Below, piece after piece: positions 16,685 to 25,910 of a stretch of DNA of 32,216 nt. The position numbers were made by a program, and so were the translations under genes. The stretch comes from a virus (Duplodnaviria; Caudoviricetes), in the IMG/VR virus record IMGVR_UViG_3300037422_000683, positions 1 through 32,216 of that record. One strand, given 5' to 3'. The notes under the pieces are model-generated. The model worked only from the letters and a program-made list of their open reading frames with translations. It was not told the origin of the DNA and made no database searches. How positions within the stretch are numbered: the stretch's first letter is position 1; every line of letters starts with the position of its first letter.

Positions 16685-17092
16685 ATGGCCCTCACGACCA
16701 CGCTCCCCAGCAACCAGGTGCCGGTCTTCCCGGTCCGCCTCACCTACATCCCCCAGATCACGGCCGACGTGACCGACGCGGCGGTGAAGGTGCAGGTGCC
16801 CTTCCCGTACCGCATCCACGGCGTGACGGGGTCGATCGTGTCGGCGGGCGGCTCGACCGTCCACACCGACATCGACGTCCAGGTCATGGTGAACGCGACC
16901 GAGCTCGTGGCCGCGCTCCCCGTCGTGGACGGGTCGACCATCGCGCGCGCCCAGGGCACCCTCGCACTCTCCGGCGCGAACCTCGACCGCGCCGCGGACG
17001 ACGTGCTCGCGATCAAGCTCATCAACATCACCGGCGGCTCGTCGCCGACGGCGGACGGGCTGTGGGTCGACGTCTGGATCTCGCGCCGCTGA
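16685..17092 (+). CDS. Virion protein, probable capsid decoration/cement protein, 135 aa
   Basis: Directly after capsid; beta-rich composition; GGAG RBS; followed by terminator-like hairpin. Confidence 0.6.
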   Translation: MALTTTLPSNQVPVFPVRLTYIPQITADVTDAAVKVQVPFPYRIHGVTGSIVSAGGSTVHTDIDVQVMVNATELVAALPVVDGSTIARAQGTLALSGANLDRAADDVLAIKLINITGGSSPTADGLWVDVWISRR

Positions 17093-17126
17093 TCCCTTCC
17101 CCGGCCCCCACGGGCCAAACCTCGCG

Positions 17127-17158
17127 GGGGCGCCCTTCACCGGGCGCCCCTGTTCGTT
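17127..17158 (+). terminator. Probable intrinsic terminator after the head genes
   Basis: GGGGCGCCC-TTCACC-GGGCGCCCC perfect 9-bp stem followed by TGTTCGTT. Confidence 0.65.
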
Positions 17159-17169
17159 GACGGAGAACC

Positions 17170-17925
17170 TTGGCCAGCCCGCCCTTCACGACCCTATCGA
17201 ACTACGCCGCGGTGGTGGCCGAGCAGGTGCCGGACACCAAGGCGACGCGGTCGGACTCCGACCTGGTGCTCGACGCGCTGGAGCGGTACTCGGAAGAGGA
17301 CCCCTGCGAGGAGCACGTCGATCTCGGCGACGGCTCGACCACGGCGTGGGACCTGTCCGCCTCGCCCTTCGCCTACACCGCGCCCACGGGCAGCACGCCC
17401 GCCGTCGGCTTCCTGTTCGGCTTCAGCGACAAGCTCGAGATCAAGGCCGAGGACCTGGCCAGCGCCGGCGTCTCGCAGCGTCCGCGAGTGTTCCGCGCCT
17501 TCGGGGAGAGCCGCGACTTCTGGCTCGAGCGTCGGACGTCGAGCGGAGCCCTGAAGACCTACCTCGTCTTCGACGCGGCGCCGCCCACGAACCTGGTCAG
17601 GGTCCACTTCAAGAAGCGCTGGACGATCCACGCCACCGTCGCCACGAACGTCCCGCTGCACATGCAGTTGGCGGTGGTGGACCTCGCGTGCGCGCTCAAG
17701 TGCGAGATCCTGGCCTCGGTCTACCGCCGGATGGTGGACAGCGTGGGCGGCTCGGACGTGTTCTCGGCGATCGACCGCGCCGACTCCTACGACAAGAAGG
17801 CCCAGGGCTTCTGGGCCGCCTACCGCCGCGCGCTGGGCATCCCGAGCAAGGACGTCCCTTCGATCGTCACGGGGCGCGCCCGGACGGGCCAGAGCCGCGT
17901 CTTCTCGCGGGGGCTGCCGTCGTGA
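17170..17925 (+). CDS. Putative head-tail adaptor/connector protein, 251 aa
   Basis: Synteny; helical N- and C-termini (ALERYS; AVVDLACALKC) flanking a beta insert; TTG start with GGAG RBS. Confidence 0.65.
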   Translation: MASPPFTTLSNYAAVVAEQVPDTKATRSDSDLVLDALERYSEEDPCEEHVDLGDGSTTAWDLSASPFAYTAPTGSTPAVGFLFGFSDKLEIKAEDLASAGVSQRPRVFRAFGESRDFWLERRTSSGALKTYLVFDAAPPTNLVRVHFKKRWTIHATVATNVPLHMQLAVVDLACALKCEILASVYRRMVDSVGGSDVFSAIDRADSYDKKAQGFWAAYRRALGIPSKDVPSIVTGRARTGQSRVFSRGLPS

Positions 17926-18530
17926 GCATCCAGGTCATCGGTATCCGCGGGGCGTTCGGCGGCGCCAACGAGCGCCTGCGCCTGGCGTCCCTGGCCGCGG
18001 CCGCGCAGATGGCGGAGGAGGGCGCGCGCTTCATCAAGGAAGCGATGCGCGCGGAGGGGAAGACGGACACCGACCTGACCGTGCAGGCGGTGAAGGCGCA
18101 GCCCGCCACGGTCGTGCAGCCCGGCGTGGCTCGCGCGATGGTCACGGTGGCGGCGCAGCAGGCCGCCCCGGCGATCGTGCTCGAGGATGGCCGCAAGCCG
18201 GGCAAGGGCGTGAGCCGCATCGGCATGGACAAACTCGCCGTCTGGGCGCGGCGCAAGGCGCGCGGCATGGTCGACCAGGTGCGCGCGCAGATGGAGCGCG
18301 ACGCCGTCCACCGCAGCGGCGGCGAGCGCCTGTCGAAGGTGATGGGCAAGGCGGCGGACCGCCAGAAGGCGGCCGAGAAGCGCGTGGCCTACATGATCGC
18401 GAGCGCGATCAAGCGCCGCGGTCTCAAGCCGTTCCGCTTCTTCCGGCGCGCGCGGCACCACGTCCAGAACCAAGCGATGGCGATCTTCCGGCGCGTGCTC
18501 GCACGGCTCCCGCGGAGGGTCGGCACGTGA
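17922..18530 (+). CDS. HK97 gp10-like neck/tail-completion protein, 202 aa
   Basis: Basic protein with VLEDGRKPG and IKRRGLKPFRFF motifs; synteny. Confidence 0.7.
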   Translation: MSIQVIGIRGAFGGANERLRLASLAAAAQMAEEGARFIKEAMRAEGKTDTDLTVQAVKAQPATVVQPGVARAMVTVAAQQAAPAIVLEDGRKPGKGVSRIGMDKLAVWARRKARGMVDQVRAQMERDAVHRSGGERLSKVMGKAADRQKAAEKRVAYMIASAIKRRGLKPFRFFRRARHHVQNQAMAIFRRVLARLPRRVGT

Positions 18531-18988
18531 CCCTCGCCACGACCCGCACCCGCGTGGGCACCGTGCTCGGCGCCGTCACCGGCATCACCGGCGGCGCGGG
18601 GAAGGTCCACAACAGGATCCGCGACGACCTGGACACGTCGGACGCTGAGACGGACCTGATCGGCTCGGCGGGTATCAACTGCTGGGAGTACGAGGTGGTG
18701 CCGCGCTCCGAGCACCAGGGCGCGTCGGGCTACAACCGCCAGGTGGCCGACGTGCGCATCCGAGCCACGTACAAGGCCGACGACGCCAACGCGTCTTTCA
18801 ACGCCTTCTGCGACCTGATCGACCTCGTCACCGCGGCCCTGATCGACCCGACCAGCGGCTTCCCGCAGATGACCGAGGCGGGCGTCCAGGTCCTCGAGCG
18901 CCCGTCCGTGCCGCGCAAGCTGCGCACCGGGCACAGCGCCTACCGCGCCGAACTCGGTTTCTCGCTCTGGGACCTCACGACCACGTAG
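18527..18988 (+). CDS. Putative tail terminator protein, 153 aa
   Basis: Size and position immediately before the tail tube gene. Confidence 0.6.
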   Translation: MTLATTRTRVGTVLGAVTGITGGAGKVHNRIRDDLDTSDAETDLIGSAGINCWEYEVVPRSEHQGASGYNRQVADVRIRATYKADDANASFNAFCDLIDLVTAALIDPTSGFPQMTEAGVQVLERPSVPRKLRTGHSAYRAELGFSLWDLTTT

Positions 18989-18999
18989 GAGACCTGCCC

Positions 19000-20049
19000 A
19001 TGTCCTCCGGCCTCATCAGCAAGCTCGCCGCCGTCCAGGGCTCGACCTGGGGCACCGCGGTCTCGCTCACCACGAACCACCGCAAGCCGTTCAAGTCGTG
19101 CACGTTCAAGCACAGGACGGAGCGGATCCCCGACGACACGATCACGGGCAAGGCCACGCGCGCCAAGCCCGGGGCGGGAGGCAACCTCGTCGTGGACGGG
19201 GGCTTCGTGGCCCAGGCGGACTACCGCCAGAACGAGCTGTTCATCGCGGCGATCCTCGCGGCGGCGGCGTCGCCGGGGGCTGCCTCCGACACGAGCGCGT
19301 ACACGCACGTGCTCCCGTTCACCGACGACCAGGCCGGGAAGTTCCTGACCATCGGCCACGACGCCGGCGGCAAGCGCGTCGAGATCCTGAAGAGCGTCAA
19401 GCTCAACCGCTGGCTCTTCGAGGCCCGCTCGGGTCAGGTGGGCGAGGACACGTTCGACGGCCTGGGCCGCGGCGTTGACGACTCGGGGGCGTCCTCGGGC
19501 TGGACGTACGAGTACGACCCCAGCGGCGGTGGCGGTCGCGGCATCTATCTGAGCCAGGGCGTGATCCGGGTGAACGCCGAGAGCGGTGGCTCGCTGGGCA
19601 GCGGGGACGTGATCCTCCCCGCGCGCTTCGCCATGGAGCTGCGCCGCAACCTGACGCAGGACTACGCGCAGGCCGCCGAGAGCGAGGAGCCGCTCCCGTC
19701 CACCTTCGCCGACATCGAGGTCATGCTCGACTTCTTCGCGCTGACCACGGCGCTCAAGGACCTGTTCCGCGAGGCGCACCAGAACCGCACCGCGCTCAAG
19801 ATGGACGCCGTCTTCACCGGGGCCGAGCTCGCCGGCGCCTCGACGGTCTACCACGCGCGCAAGCTGTACTTCCCCTCGCTCGAGGTGCTGGAGTGCCCGC
19901 TCGACACGCCCGGGCCCGGCCCGGTGCCGTGCACCGTGCGGATGAGCGCGCATCACGCCAGCGCCGTGCCCACGGGCTTCCCGTCGGGCTACGACGAGGC
20001 GATGACGGTCGTGCTGATCAACAAGCGCTCGGCGGCGATCCTCTCCTAG
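19000..20049 (+). CDS. Major tail tube protein, 349 aa
   Basis: STWGTA N-terminus, YTHV motif, synteny before chaperone and tape measure; AGGAG RBS. Confidence 0.8.
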   Translation: MSSGLISKLAAVQGSTWGTAVSLTTNHRKPFKSCTFKHRTERIPDDTITGKATRAKPGAGGNLVVDGGFVAQADYRQNELFIAAILAAAASPGAASDTSAYTHVLPFTDDQAGKFLTIGHDAGGKRVEILKSVKLNRWLFEARSGQVGEDTFDGLGRGVDDSGASSGWTYEYDPSGGGGRGIYLSQGVIRVNAESGGSLGSGDVILPARFAMELRRNLTQDYAQAAESEEPLPSTFADIEVMLDFFALTTALKDLFREAHQNRTALKMDAVFTGAELAGASTVYHARKLYFPSLEVLECPLDTPGPGPVPCTVRMSAHHASAVPTGFPSGYDEAMTVVLINKRSAAILS

Positions 20050-20057
20050 GAGTCCAC

Positions 20058-20417
20058 ATGCTCAGGCTCATCCGCAAGCAGGAGACCGTGGACGTGGCCC
20101 TGGGCACGACCACGTTCAAGGTCCGACTCCAGACCCACGGCGAGGCGCGCGCGCTCAAGATCAAGCACAGCAGACGCGGCATGGTCGATCAGGAGGCCAT
20201 GGCCGCCGAGTTCATGTCCACCCACGTCGTGGGCTGGCAAAACCTCGCCGACGCCGACGGGAACGTGATCCCCTTCGACCCTGCGCTCGTGTTGCAGGTC
20301 GTGGATGCGCTGCCCGACGACGTGATCTCGCTCCTCACGCTACGGATCCGGGAGCCGCAGGCGGCAGTGACCGAGGCGCTGGGAAATGGGAAGCCGTCGT
20401 CCGCCAGCGCCTCCTGA
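20058..20417 (+). CDS. Tail assembly chaperone (gpG-like), 119 aa
   Basis: VVGWQNLADADGNVIPFD motif; AGGAG RBS; slippery site near 3' end. Confidence 0.85.
   Translation: MLRLIRKQETVDVALGTTTFKVRLQTHGEARALKIKHSRRGMVDQEAMAAEFMSTHVVGWQNLADADGNVIPFDPALVLQVVDALPDDVISLLTLRIREPQAAVTEALGNGKPSSASAS
20381..20387 (+). other. -1 programmed ribosomal frameshift slippery heptamer G GGA AAT
   Basis: XXXYYYZ heptamer in the correct phase at the LGN codons. Confidence 0.85.
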
Positions 20418-20743
20418 CCGACGACGGCGATCCCCTGGAGGCGGCGTACCGCAGTGCGCAGGATCCCGACCAGCCCGGCTTCGACCTCGCCGCGGAGCTC
20501 GACGCGCTCGAGCGGCAGGGCTACGTCTTCGCCCTGCCCGTCGTCGCGCGTGCGATCGAGGTTGGCCGAGTCGTGGACGCTGTCGGCTGGGAGGCGGCCT
20601 GCGAGCTGCTGGACGAGTCCTGGGAGGGCTGGGAGGCCGACTTCCTCGTCGAGGTCGTGCCGGCCTGGATCGAGGCGCGGCGTGCGTGCGACGCGCGGGA
20701 CGAGCGGCGCTGGCAGCAGCGCCTGCTTCGTGGCGGGAAGTGA
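20387..20743 (+). CDS. gpT part of the G-T frameshift fusion chaperone (WEAVVRQRLLTDDGDPLEAAY...RLLRGGK)
   Basis: -1 frame open from the slippery site to TGA 20741-20743 with strong GC3 bias; not in the supplied ORF track. Confidence 0.85.
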   Translation, partial: WEAVVRQRLLTDDGDPLEAAYRSAQDPDQPGFDLAAELDALERQGYVFALPVVARAIEVGRVVDAVGWEAACELLDESWEGWEADFLVEVVPAWIEARRACDARDERRWQQRLLRGGK

Positions 20744-20751
20744 GGTGAGCC

Positions 20752-22581
20752 GTGCCTGACGAGCAGGTTCGCCTGATCGCTGACGTGGACTGGCGCGCGG
20801 GGATGCGGAGCACGGGCGCCGCGGAGCGCGACTTCACGACCGCGACGGACCGGATGGCCGCTTCTACGCGCAAGGTGGACCAGGCGGCTGTCGCCATGGG
20901 GGCGTCGTGGCAGGGCGCGGGGAGGATCGGCCAGCGTGCCATGCAGGCCATGGCGGCTGGGATCGGCGCCACGACCGCAGCCGCGGCCGCGGGCGAGCGG
21001 CAGTGGCTCTCCCTGGGAACCGTGATCCTGGGCTCGTTCGCGGCGGGCGGGCCGATCGCCGGAGGCGTTGCGCTCATCGGAGCCGCGATCGGCATCATGT
21101 CCGGGCAGGCCACCAAGGCTGAGATGGCGTTCAGCCAGTCCATGAAGTCGGCGCGCGAGGAGGTCAAGGACCTCAAGGCCGAGCTCGACCGGCTGGAGAC
21201 AGCGGACGTCTCCAAGCAGATCGACGTCAGCGCGCAGACGATCACCGACATGGAGCGCGTCAACGAGCTCTACAGCAGGCGGAACCACCAGCTGCACGCG
21301 ATCGAGAACGCGCTGCGCAAGGTGGCGATCCTGTCGGAGAAGCTGGAGTCGGCCCGAGACGGTGTCGGACCCTTCTACGACTTCTTCGCCGGGAAGCGCG
21401 ACGACACGGTGGCGAAGCTGGAAGAGCAGGCGAAGAGCCTGCGGGAGCAGATCCAGCTGCTGGACGATCTGCGCGGCCGCTACGACGAGCTGGCCAAGCG
21501 GGACCGCAACGAGGCGATGTGGAAGCGCGAGGATGCGCTCACGGGGATGTCGAACCAGAACGACCTGCTCCGGCTTGGGCTCTCCGGCGGCTTCAACCGC
21601 GCGAACGAGATGGCGCTGCGACAGGAGATCGAAGCCGCCGAGCTGCGTCTGGCCAGATACCTGCGCGACCTGAGCGAGGAGGACCTGGAGGCCCAGCGCG
21701 AGGCGATCCGTCTCCTGCGCGAGCGCCTGGGCATCACGGAGGACCTCAACGACCTCCAGGTGAACCGCCTCAACAACGGCGTCGAGCGCGAGATCGAGCT
21801 GTTGCGCGCCCGCAACGACGTGGAGCGCGAGCGGATCCGGCTGCGTCACCGCATGGAGGACATGCTCGACCAGGGCGCGTCGCCCGGCGTGGTGGGGGAC
21901 CTGGAGCGGGCGACGATGGCCGCGATCGCGGCGCGTCCCTGGCAGGACCTGCTGCGCAGCGCCGAGCAGGTGCTGGGGCAGGGGCTCTCGGACCTGATCT
22001 ACGACGGCATCACGAACGGCTTCCGCAACGCGTCGGACATCGCCGAGCAGATCTGGCAGTCCATGCTGCGCACGATGATCAACCACTTCGTGACCAGCGG
22101 CATCGAGGGCCTGCTCAGTGGGATCGGTGGAGGTGGAGGCGGCCGTGGCGGCGGGCTGTTCGGGATCTTCGGGGGGCTGCTGGGTGGTCTCTTCGGTGGG
22201 GGCGGCGGCGGGGGCTTCTCGGGCTACAGCAGCACCGGCGGCGGGGGCGTGTTCACCGGCGGCGGCGTGGACCTCATCCCGAGCCCCAGCATCGGCGGCG
22301 ATCCGGCCTGGGAGTTCCCGGGCATGGCCGAGGGCGGCCTCGCCACGCGACCGACGCTGCGTGTTGTGGGCGAGCGTGGTCCCGAGGCCGTGATCCCGCT
22401 GCACCGGGCGGCGCAGATGGGCGGCGGAGGCGGTGTCCACGTCGGCCTGACCGTCAACGTCGGCAGCGGCGGCGACCCGGATGCGATGAAGGGCATGATC
22501 CTGGCCGCGGTCGCTCGCGCCATGGACGAGGACGGCGCCTTCCGCTCCGCGATCAAGCGCAACGCGCGAAGGGGGCTCTGA
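20752..22581 (+). CDS. Tape measure protein, 609 aa
   Basis: Follows the chaperone; helical coiled coil with hydrophobic segment; Gly-rich region and C-terminal MAEGGL...VGERGPEAVIPL motif. Confidence 0.9.
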   Translation: MPDEQVRLIADVDWRAGMRSTGAAERDFTTATDRMAASTRKVDQAAVAMGASWQGAGRIGQRAMQAMAAGIGATTAAAAAGERQWLSLGTVILGSFAAGGPIAGGVALIGAAIGIMSGQATKAEMAFSQSMKSAREEVKDLKAELDRLETADVSKQIDVSAQTITDMERVNELYSRRNHQLHAIENALRKVAILSEKLESARDGVGPFYDFFAGKRDDTVAKLEEQAKSLREQIQLLDDLRGRYDELAKRDRNEAMWKREDALTGMSNQNDLLRLGLSGGFNRANEMALRQEIEAAELRLARYLRDLSEEDLEAQREAIRLLRERLGITEDLNDLQVNRLNNGVEREIELLRARNDVERERIRLRHRMEDMLDQGASPGVVGDLERATMAAIAARPWQDLLRSAEQVLGQGLSDLIYDGITNGFRNASDIAEQIWQSMLRTMINHFVTSGIEGLLSGIGGGGGGRGGGLFGIFGGLLGGLFGGGGGGGFSGYSSTGGGGVFTGGGVDLIPSPSIGGDPAWEFPGMAEGGLATRPTLRVVGERGPEAVIPLHRAAQMGGGGGVHVGLTVNVGSGGDPDAMKGMILAAVARAMDEDGAFRSAIKRNARRGL

Positions 22582-23147
22582 TGGCCCTGGCCGTCCTGTC
22601 CGCCTCCTACGTGCCCCTGCACCCCTACGACTACGGGGACGAGCGCCCGTCCGTCGTGGCCCGCATGAGCGGCGGCGCCGAGCAGCGCGCGGCCAGCCTC
22701 TCCCGCAAGCTGCGCACGTACACGCTGCGATTTCGCACCACGGCCGCCACGCGCCTGGCCCTGGACACCTTCTTCGAGGCCCGCGGCTACACCGTGGAGT
22801 CGTTCCTCTGGAAGGACCTGAAGGACTACACGCGCACCGGCGTGGCGATCGGCACGGGCGACGGAGCCACCACCGCGTTCGTCCTGCCGAAGACCGGGAC
22901 GTACGGCGGCGACTACCCGCTGACGAGCGGCGTGCAGCTCTACAGCGCCGGGTCGCCCGTGGCCGGCAGCGCCACCACGGACACGCGCACGCTGACCTAC
23001 AACGCGGCCCCCGCCGGCGCCGCGGCCCTGACCGCCGACTACTCCTTCTACAAGCGCGTGCGGCTGCTTGACCGCTTCACGTGGTCGGAGCCGGTGTTCG
23101 GCGTGTTCGAGACGGTGCTGGTCCTGGTGGAGGTGCCCAGCACGTGA
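22581..23147 (+). CDS. Distal tail protein (DUF2460-like), 188 aa
   Basis: SGGAEQR, FFEARG...SFLWKD, IGTGDGATTAFVL, VRL.D motifs; position after tape measure. Confidence 0.8.
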   Translation: MALAVLSASYVPLHPYDYGDERPSVVARMSGGAEQRAASLSRKLRTYTLRFRTTAATRLALDTFFEARGYTVESFLWKDLKDYTRTGVAIGTGDGATTAFVLPKTGTYGGDYPLTSGVQLYSAGSPVAGSATTDTRTLTYNAAPAGAAALTADYSFYKRVRLLDRFTWSEPVFGVFETVLVLVEVPST

Positions 23148-23650
23148 GGACGCTGCCCGCCGCACTCACCAACGCGCTCCGCGAGGAAGGCCCCGAGCCG
23201 CTGTGGCTCGTCCACCTGGAGACGGGTGGCTCGCCCGCCGACCTGCGCTACGCCGCCTACGACGGCGACGTGGTCTTCGGCGGCAGCACGTGGAGCGCGC
23301 GTCCCGTCGAAGTGCCCGACTTCGCGCTCGAGAACCACAGCGAGGCGCCGACGATCGAGCTGCGCATCGCCAACGCCGACGGCTACTTCGACACGCTCAT
23401 CGCGGCCGGCATCACCTTCGGCAACCGCAAGGTCAGGATCTACCGCACGGACGTCTCGCTCGTCGGGGCGTCCAGCGCCCTCACCGACGCGCTCACGGAG
23501 ACCTACTTCGTCGAGGGCTTCACGCGCGTGCACGGCTGGGTCGTGTTCCGTCTGCGCAGCATCCTGGCCGCCCTCGAGATCGAGATCCCGCTGCGCGTCG
23601 TGGACCGCAACACGTTCCCGGGCATCCCCGACAGCACGGGGCTCGCATGA
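23144..23650 (+). CDS. Tail hub / minor tail protein (gpL/DUF2163-like N-terminal region), 168 aa
   Basis: Synteny; LRYA.YDGDVVFGGSTW and IELRIANAD motifs; ends FPGIP. Confidence 0.65.
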   Translation: MRTLPAALTNALREEGPEPLWLVHLETGGSPADLRYAAYDGDVVFGGSTWSARPVEVPDFALENHSEAPTIELRIANADGYFDTLIAAGITFGNRKVRIYRTDVSLVGASSALTDALTETYFVEGFTRVHGWVVFRLRSILAALEIEIPLRVVDRNTFPGIPDSTGLA

Positions 23651-25908
23651 GCGCCTGGCGCGGAGTGCTGCGCATCCTGGGCGTGGTGCTCGGCCTTGTC
23701 GGCGGGCCCATCGGCAAGCTGATCGGGCTGGGGCTCACGCTCATCAGCCAGGGCGGCGCCGGCAAGGGCGTGGGCGGGCTCCAGTCCAGCCCGCGCTACG
23801 GATTCGACACCCTGAGCAACCCGGGCAGCATCGGCGGCCCCGTCCCGGTGGTGTACGGACAGGAGCTCGTCGCCCCGCAGGTGATCTCCACGAACGTGGT
23901 GCAGACGGGGCAGTCGCAGACCCTCAAGGTGCTGTGCCTGGTGAGCGAGGGGGAGATCGAATCCATCACGGGGATCCGGCTCAACGAGACGCCGATCGAG
24001 TCGTTCACGGGCGCCGTCGCCACCACGCGGCTGGGCACGAGCACGCAGACCGCGCTGCCCGAGTTCAACCAGCGCGGGACGCCCTACGACTCCAACACGA
24101 CTCTGGGCCTGAACGCCACGCACGTCCACGAGATGCGAGCCGCGGGCGACGAGGTTGTGTTCAACCTGCTCTACCCCGGCGGCATCTGGGGCATCGGCTC
24201 CAAGGGGGACGTGATCTTCGTCCGCAGCCGCATCAAGATCGAGTGGAAGCGCTACGGCGAGGCGGACGCGGCCTACGCGCCGTGGATCCAGACGCAGCTG
24301 AGCGACTGGCAGAACGAGAAGAACGGCACGTGGCGCTACGACGCCAAGACCACGAGCCAACTGCGGTTGCAGATGCGCCTGGTCCTGACCAACACCACCG
24401 GCGTCGGGCGCGGGCGCTACGTCTTCCGCCTCACGGGCCAGCAGGCCAACGAGGCGAAGAAGACCTGCGTTCCCAACCTGACGTCCACGATCGAGATCTC
24501 GAGCGACCAGCGCACCTACCCGGGCATGGCGCTTCTGGGCCTGACCCTGCCTGCCAGCGCCCAGCTCGCGGGCGCCATCCCGCGCATCACCTGTGTGGTC
24601 AAGGGCCGCAAGCTCTACGACCCGCGGACCGGCACAACGGCGTGGTCGCGCAACCCCATCCTGATCCTGCGCGACCTCCTGCTGAACACGACCTACGGGC
24701 TCGGCCGCTGGATCTCCAGCAGCGAGATCGACGACGGCGTGGGGGGGTCCTTTCGCACGGTCGCGGATGCGTGCGATGCCGACGTGACCACGCCCACGGG
24801 CGTGAGCGAGGACGCCCACCAGTTCGACATGGTCCTGGACGTGCGCGCTCCCTCGCGGGACTGGGTGGACCAGATCACGCGCTCGTGCCGCACGACGCTC
24901 TTCAGCAGTCACGGCAAGCTGCGCGTGGCCCGGTTCGCGGCGGGTGCGAGCGTGCGCACGTTCAGCGAGAACGAGGGCGACGGCGTCCGCAAGGGCATCG
25001 TGGCCATGCCCGACGGCGACGGTTCCACGGAGCGCAGCACGCTCGTGGAGCGGTGGCTCGACGACGCCGAGCGCTGGAACGCGGCCCGGTTCCTGTTCGC
25101 GGACCGCGACGACGGCTACCGGCGCCGCACGGTGGTGATTCGGGACCAGCGCATCCCCATCAGCACCGGCGCGTGGATCTTCGGGACCGGCTTCGCGCTC
25201 GGCGCCAAGATCAAGTCCATGAACGTGGAGGGCACGGACACCTACGCCGTGGTCGTGCGGGCCGCTGCGGTGGGGGACTCGTACGTCTACTACGCGCAGG
25301 CCGAGATCGACCCGCTGTTCTCGGGCGGATCGGGCTCAACCAACCCGCTCACGGCGGCCAACCCGCCGAGCACGCAGGTCTACCCGACGGGGCAGCCGGA
25401 GTACATCACGCCCGAGCGCGTGCTGGAGACGCAGCTCTTCGGCGTCACGCGACGCACGCAGGCCCAGCGCGAGGCCAGACACCACATGCTCCTCGCGCTC
25501 TACTGCCCGAGGTTCGTCACCTTCGACGTGTTCCTCGGCGACCTGGACCTGGAGCCCGGCGACCACATCGCCATCACCAGCTCGCGGCTCGGCTACTCGG
25601 CCAAGCAGTTCACCGTGCTCAGCATCGCGGTCCGCAGCGACGGCTTCGGCACGGTGGAAGCGCGGGAGTACGAGGCGCGTGTGTTCACGGACGGCATCGA
25701 CCCGGTGCCCAACGCGCCCGTGTTCCAGCCTGGCGGGACGATCCCGCCCGGGCTGCGGCTCGACGCCATGCCGCCCGAGGGGCAGTCCGCGACGGTAGCC
25801 GCCAAGGCCACGACCGCGCCGCCCCCGCCGGCGCAGACCAACAGCGCCACGTCCGCCCCGACGGCCGAGGCGACTGACATCAAGGTCGTGGTGAAGGAGA
25901 AGGTCTAG
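23647..25908 (+). CDS. Tail tip / host-specificity protein (lambda gpJ-like), 753 aa
   Basis: PVPVVYG, LVSEGEIESI, YPGMA, VKGRKLYDPR...AWSRNP..ILRDLL...YGLG, GVTRRTQAQR, LEPGDHI motifs. Confidence 0.9.
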   Translation: MSAWRGVLRILGVVLGLVGGPIGKLIGLGLTLISQGGAGKGVGGLQSSPRYGFDTLSNPGSIGGPVPVVYGQELVAPQVISTNVVQTGQSQTLKVLCLVSEGEIESITGIRLNETPIESFTGAVATTRLGTSTQTALPEFNQRGTPYDSNTTLGLNATHVHEMRAAGDEVVFNLLYPGGIWGIGSKGDVIFVRSRIKIEWKRYGEADAAYAPWIQTQLSDWQNEKNGTWRYDAKTTSQLRLQMRLVLTNTTGVGRGRYVFRLTGQQANEAKKTCVPNLTSTIEISSDQRTYPGMALLGLTLPASAQLAGAIPRITCVVKGRKLYDPRTGTTAWSRNPILILRDLLLNTTYGLGRWISSSEIDDGVGGSFRTVADACDADVTTPTGVSEDAHQFDMVLDVRAPSRDWVDQITRSCRTTLFSSHGKLRVARFAAGASVRTFSENEGDGVRKGIVAMPDGDGSTERSTLVERWLDDAERWNAARFLFADRDDGYRRRTVVIRDQRIPISTGAWIFGTGFALGAKIKSMNVEGTDTYAVVVRAAAVGDSYVYYAQAEIDPLFSGGSGSTNPLTAANPPSTQVYPTGQPEYITPERVLETQLFGVTRRTQAQREARHHMLLALYCPRFVTFDVFLGDLDLEPGDHIAITSSRLGYSAKQFTVLSIAVRSDGFGTVEAREYEARVFTDGIDPVPNAPVFQPGGTIPPGLRLDAMPPEGQSATVAAKATTAPPPPAQTNSATSAPTAEATDIKVVVKEKV

Positions 25909-25910
25909 CC

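Noticed and set aside
20386-20759. ORF-track entries 20386-20748 and 20454-20759 as the gene before the tape measure
   Set aside because: Arg/Ser-rich wrong-frame translations; the third frame reached by -1 frameshift has the coding signature
22120-22270. GGC/GGT-rich repetitive DNA in the tape measure (also 28040-28560 in the fibre)
   Set aside because: Explained by Gly-rich protein sequence; not an independent DNA repeat
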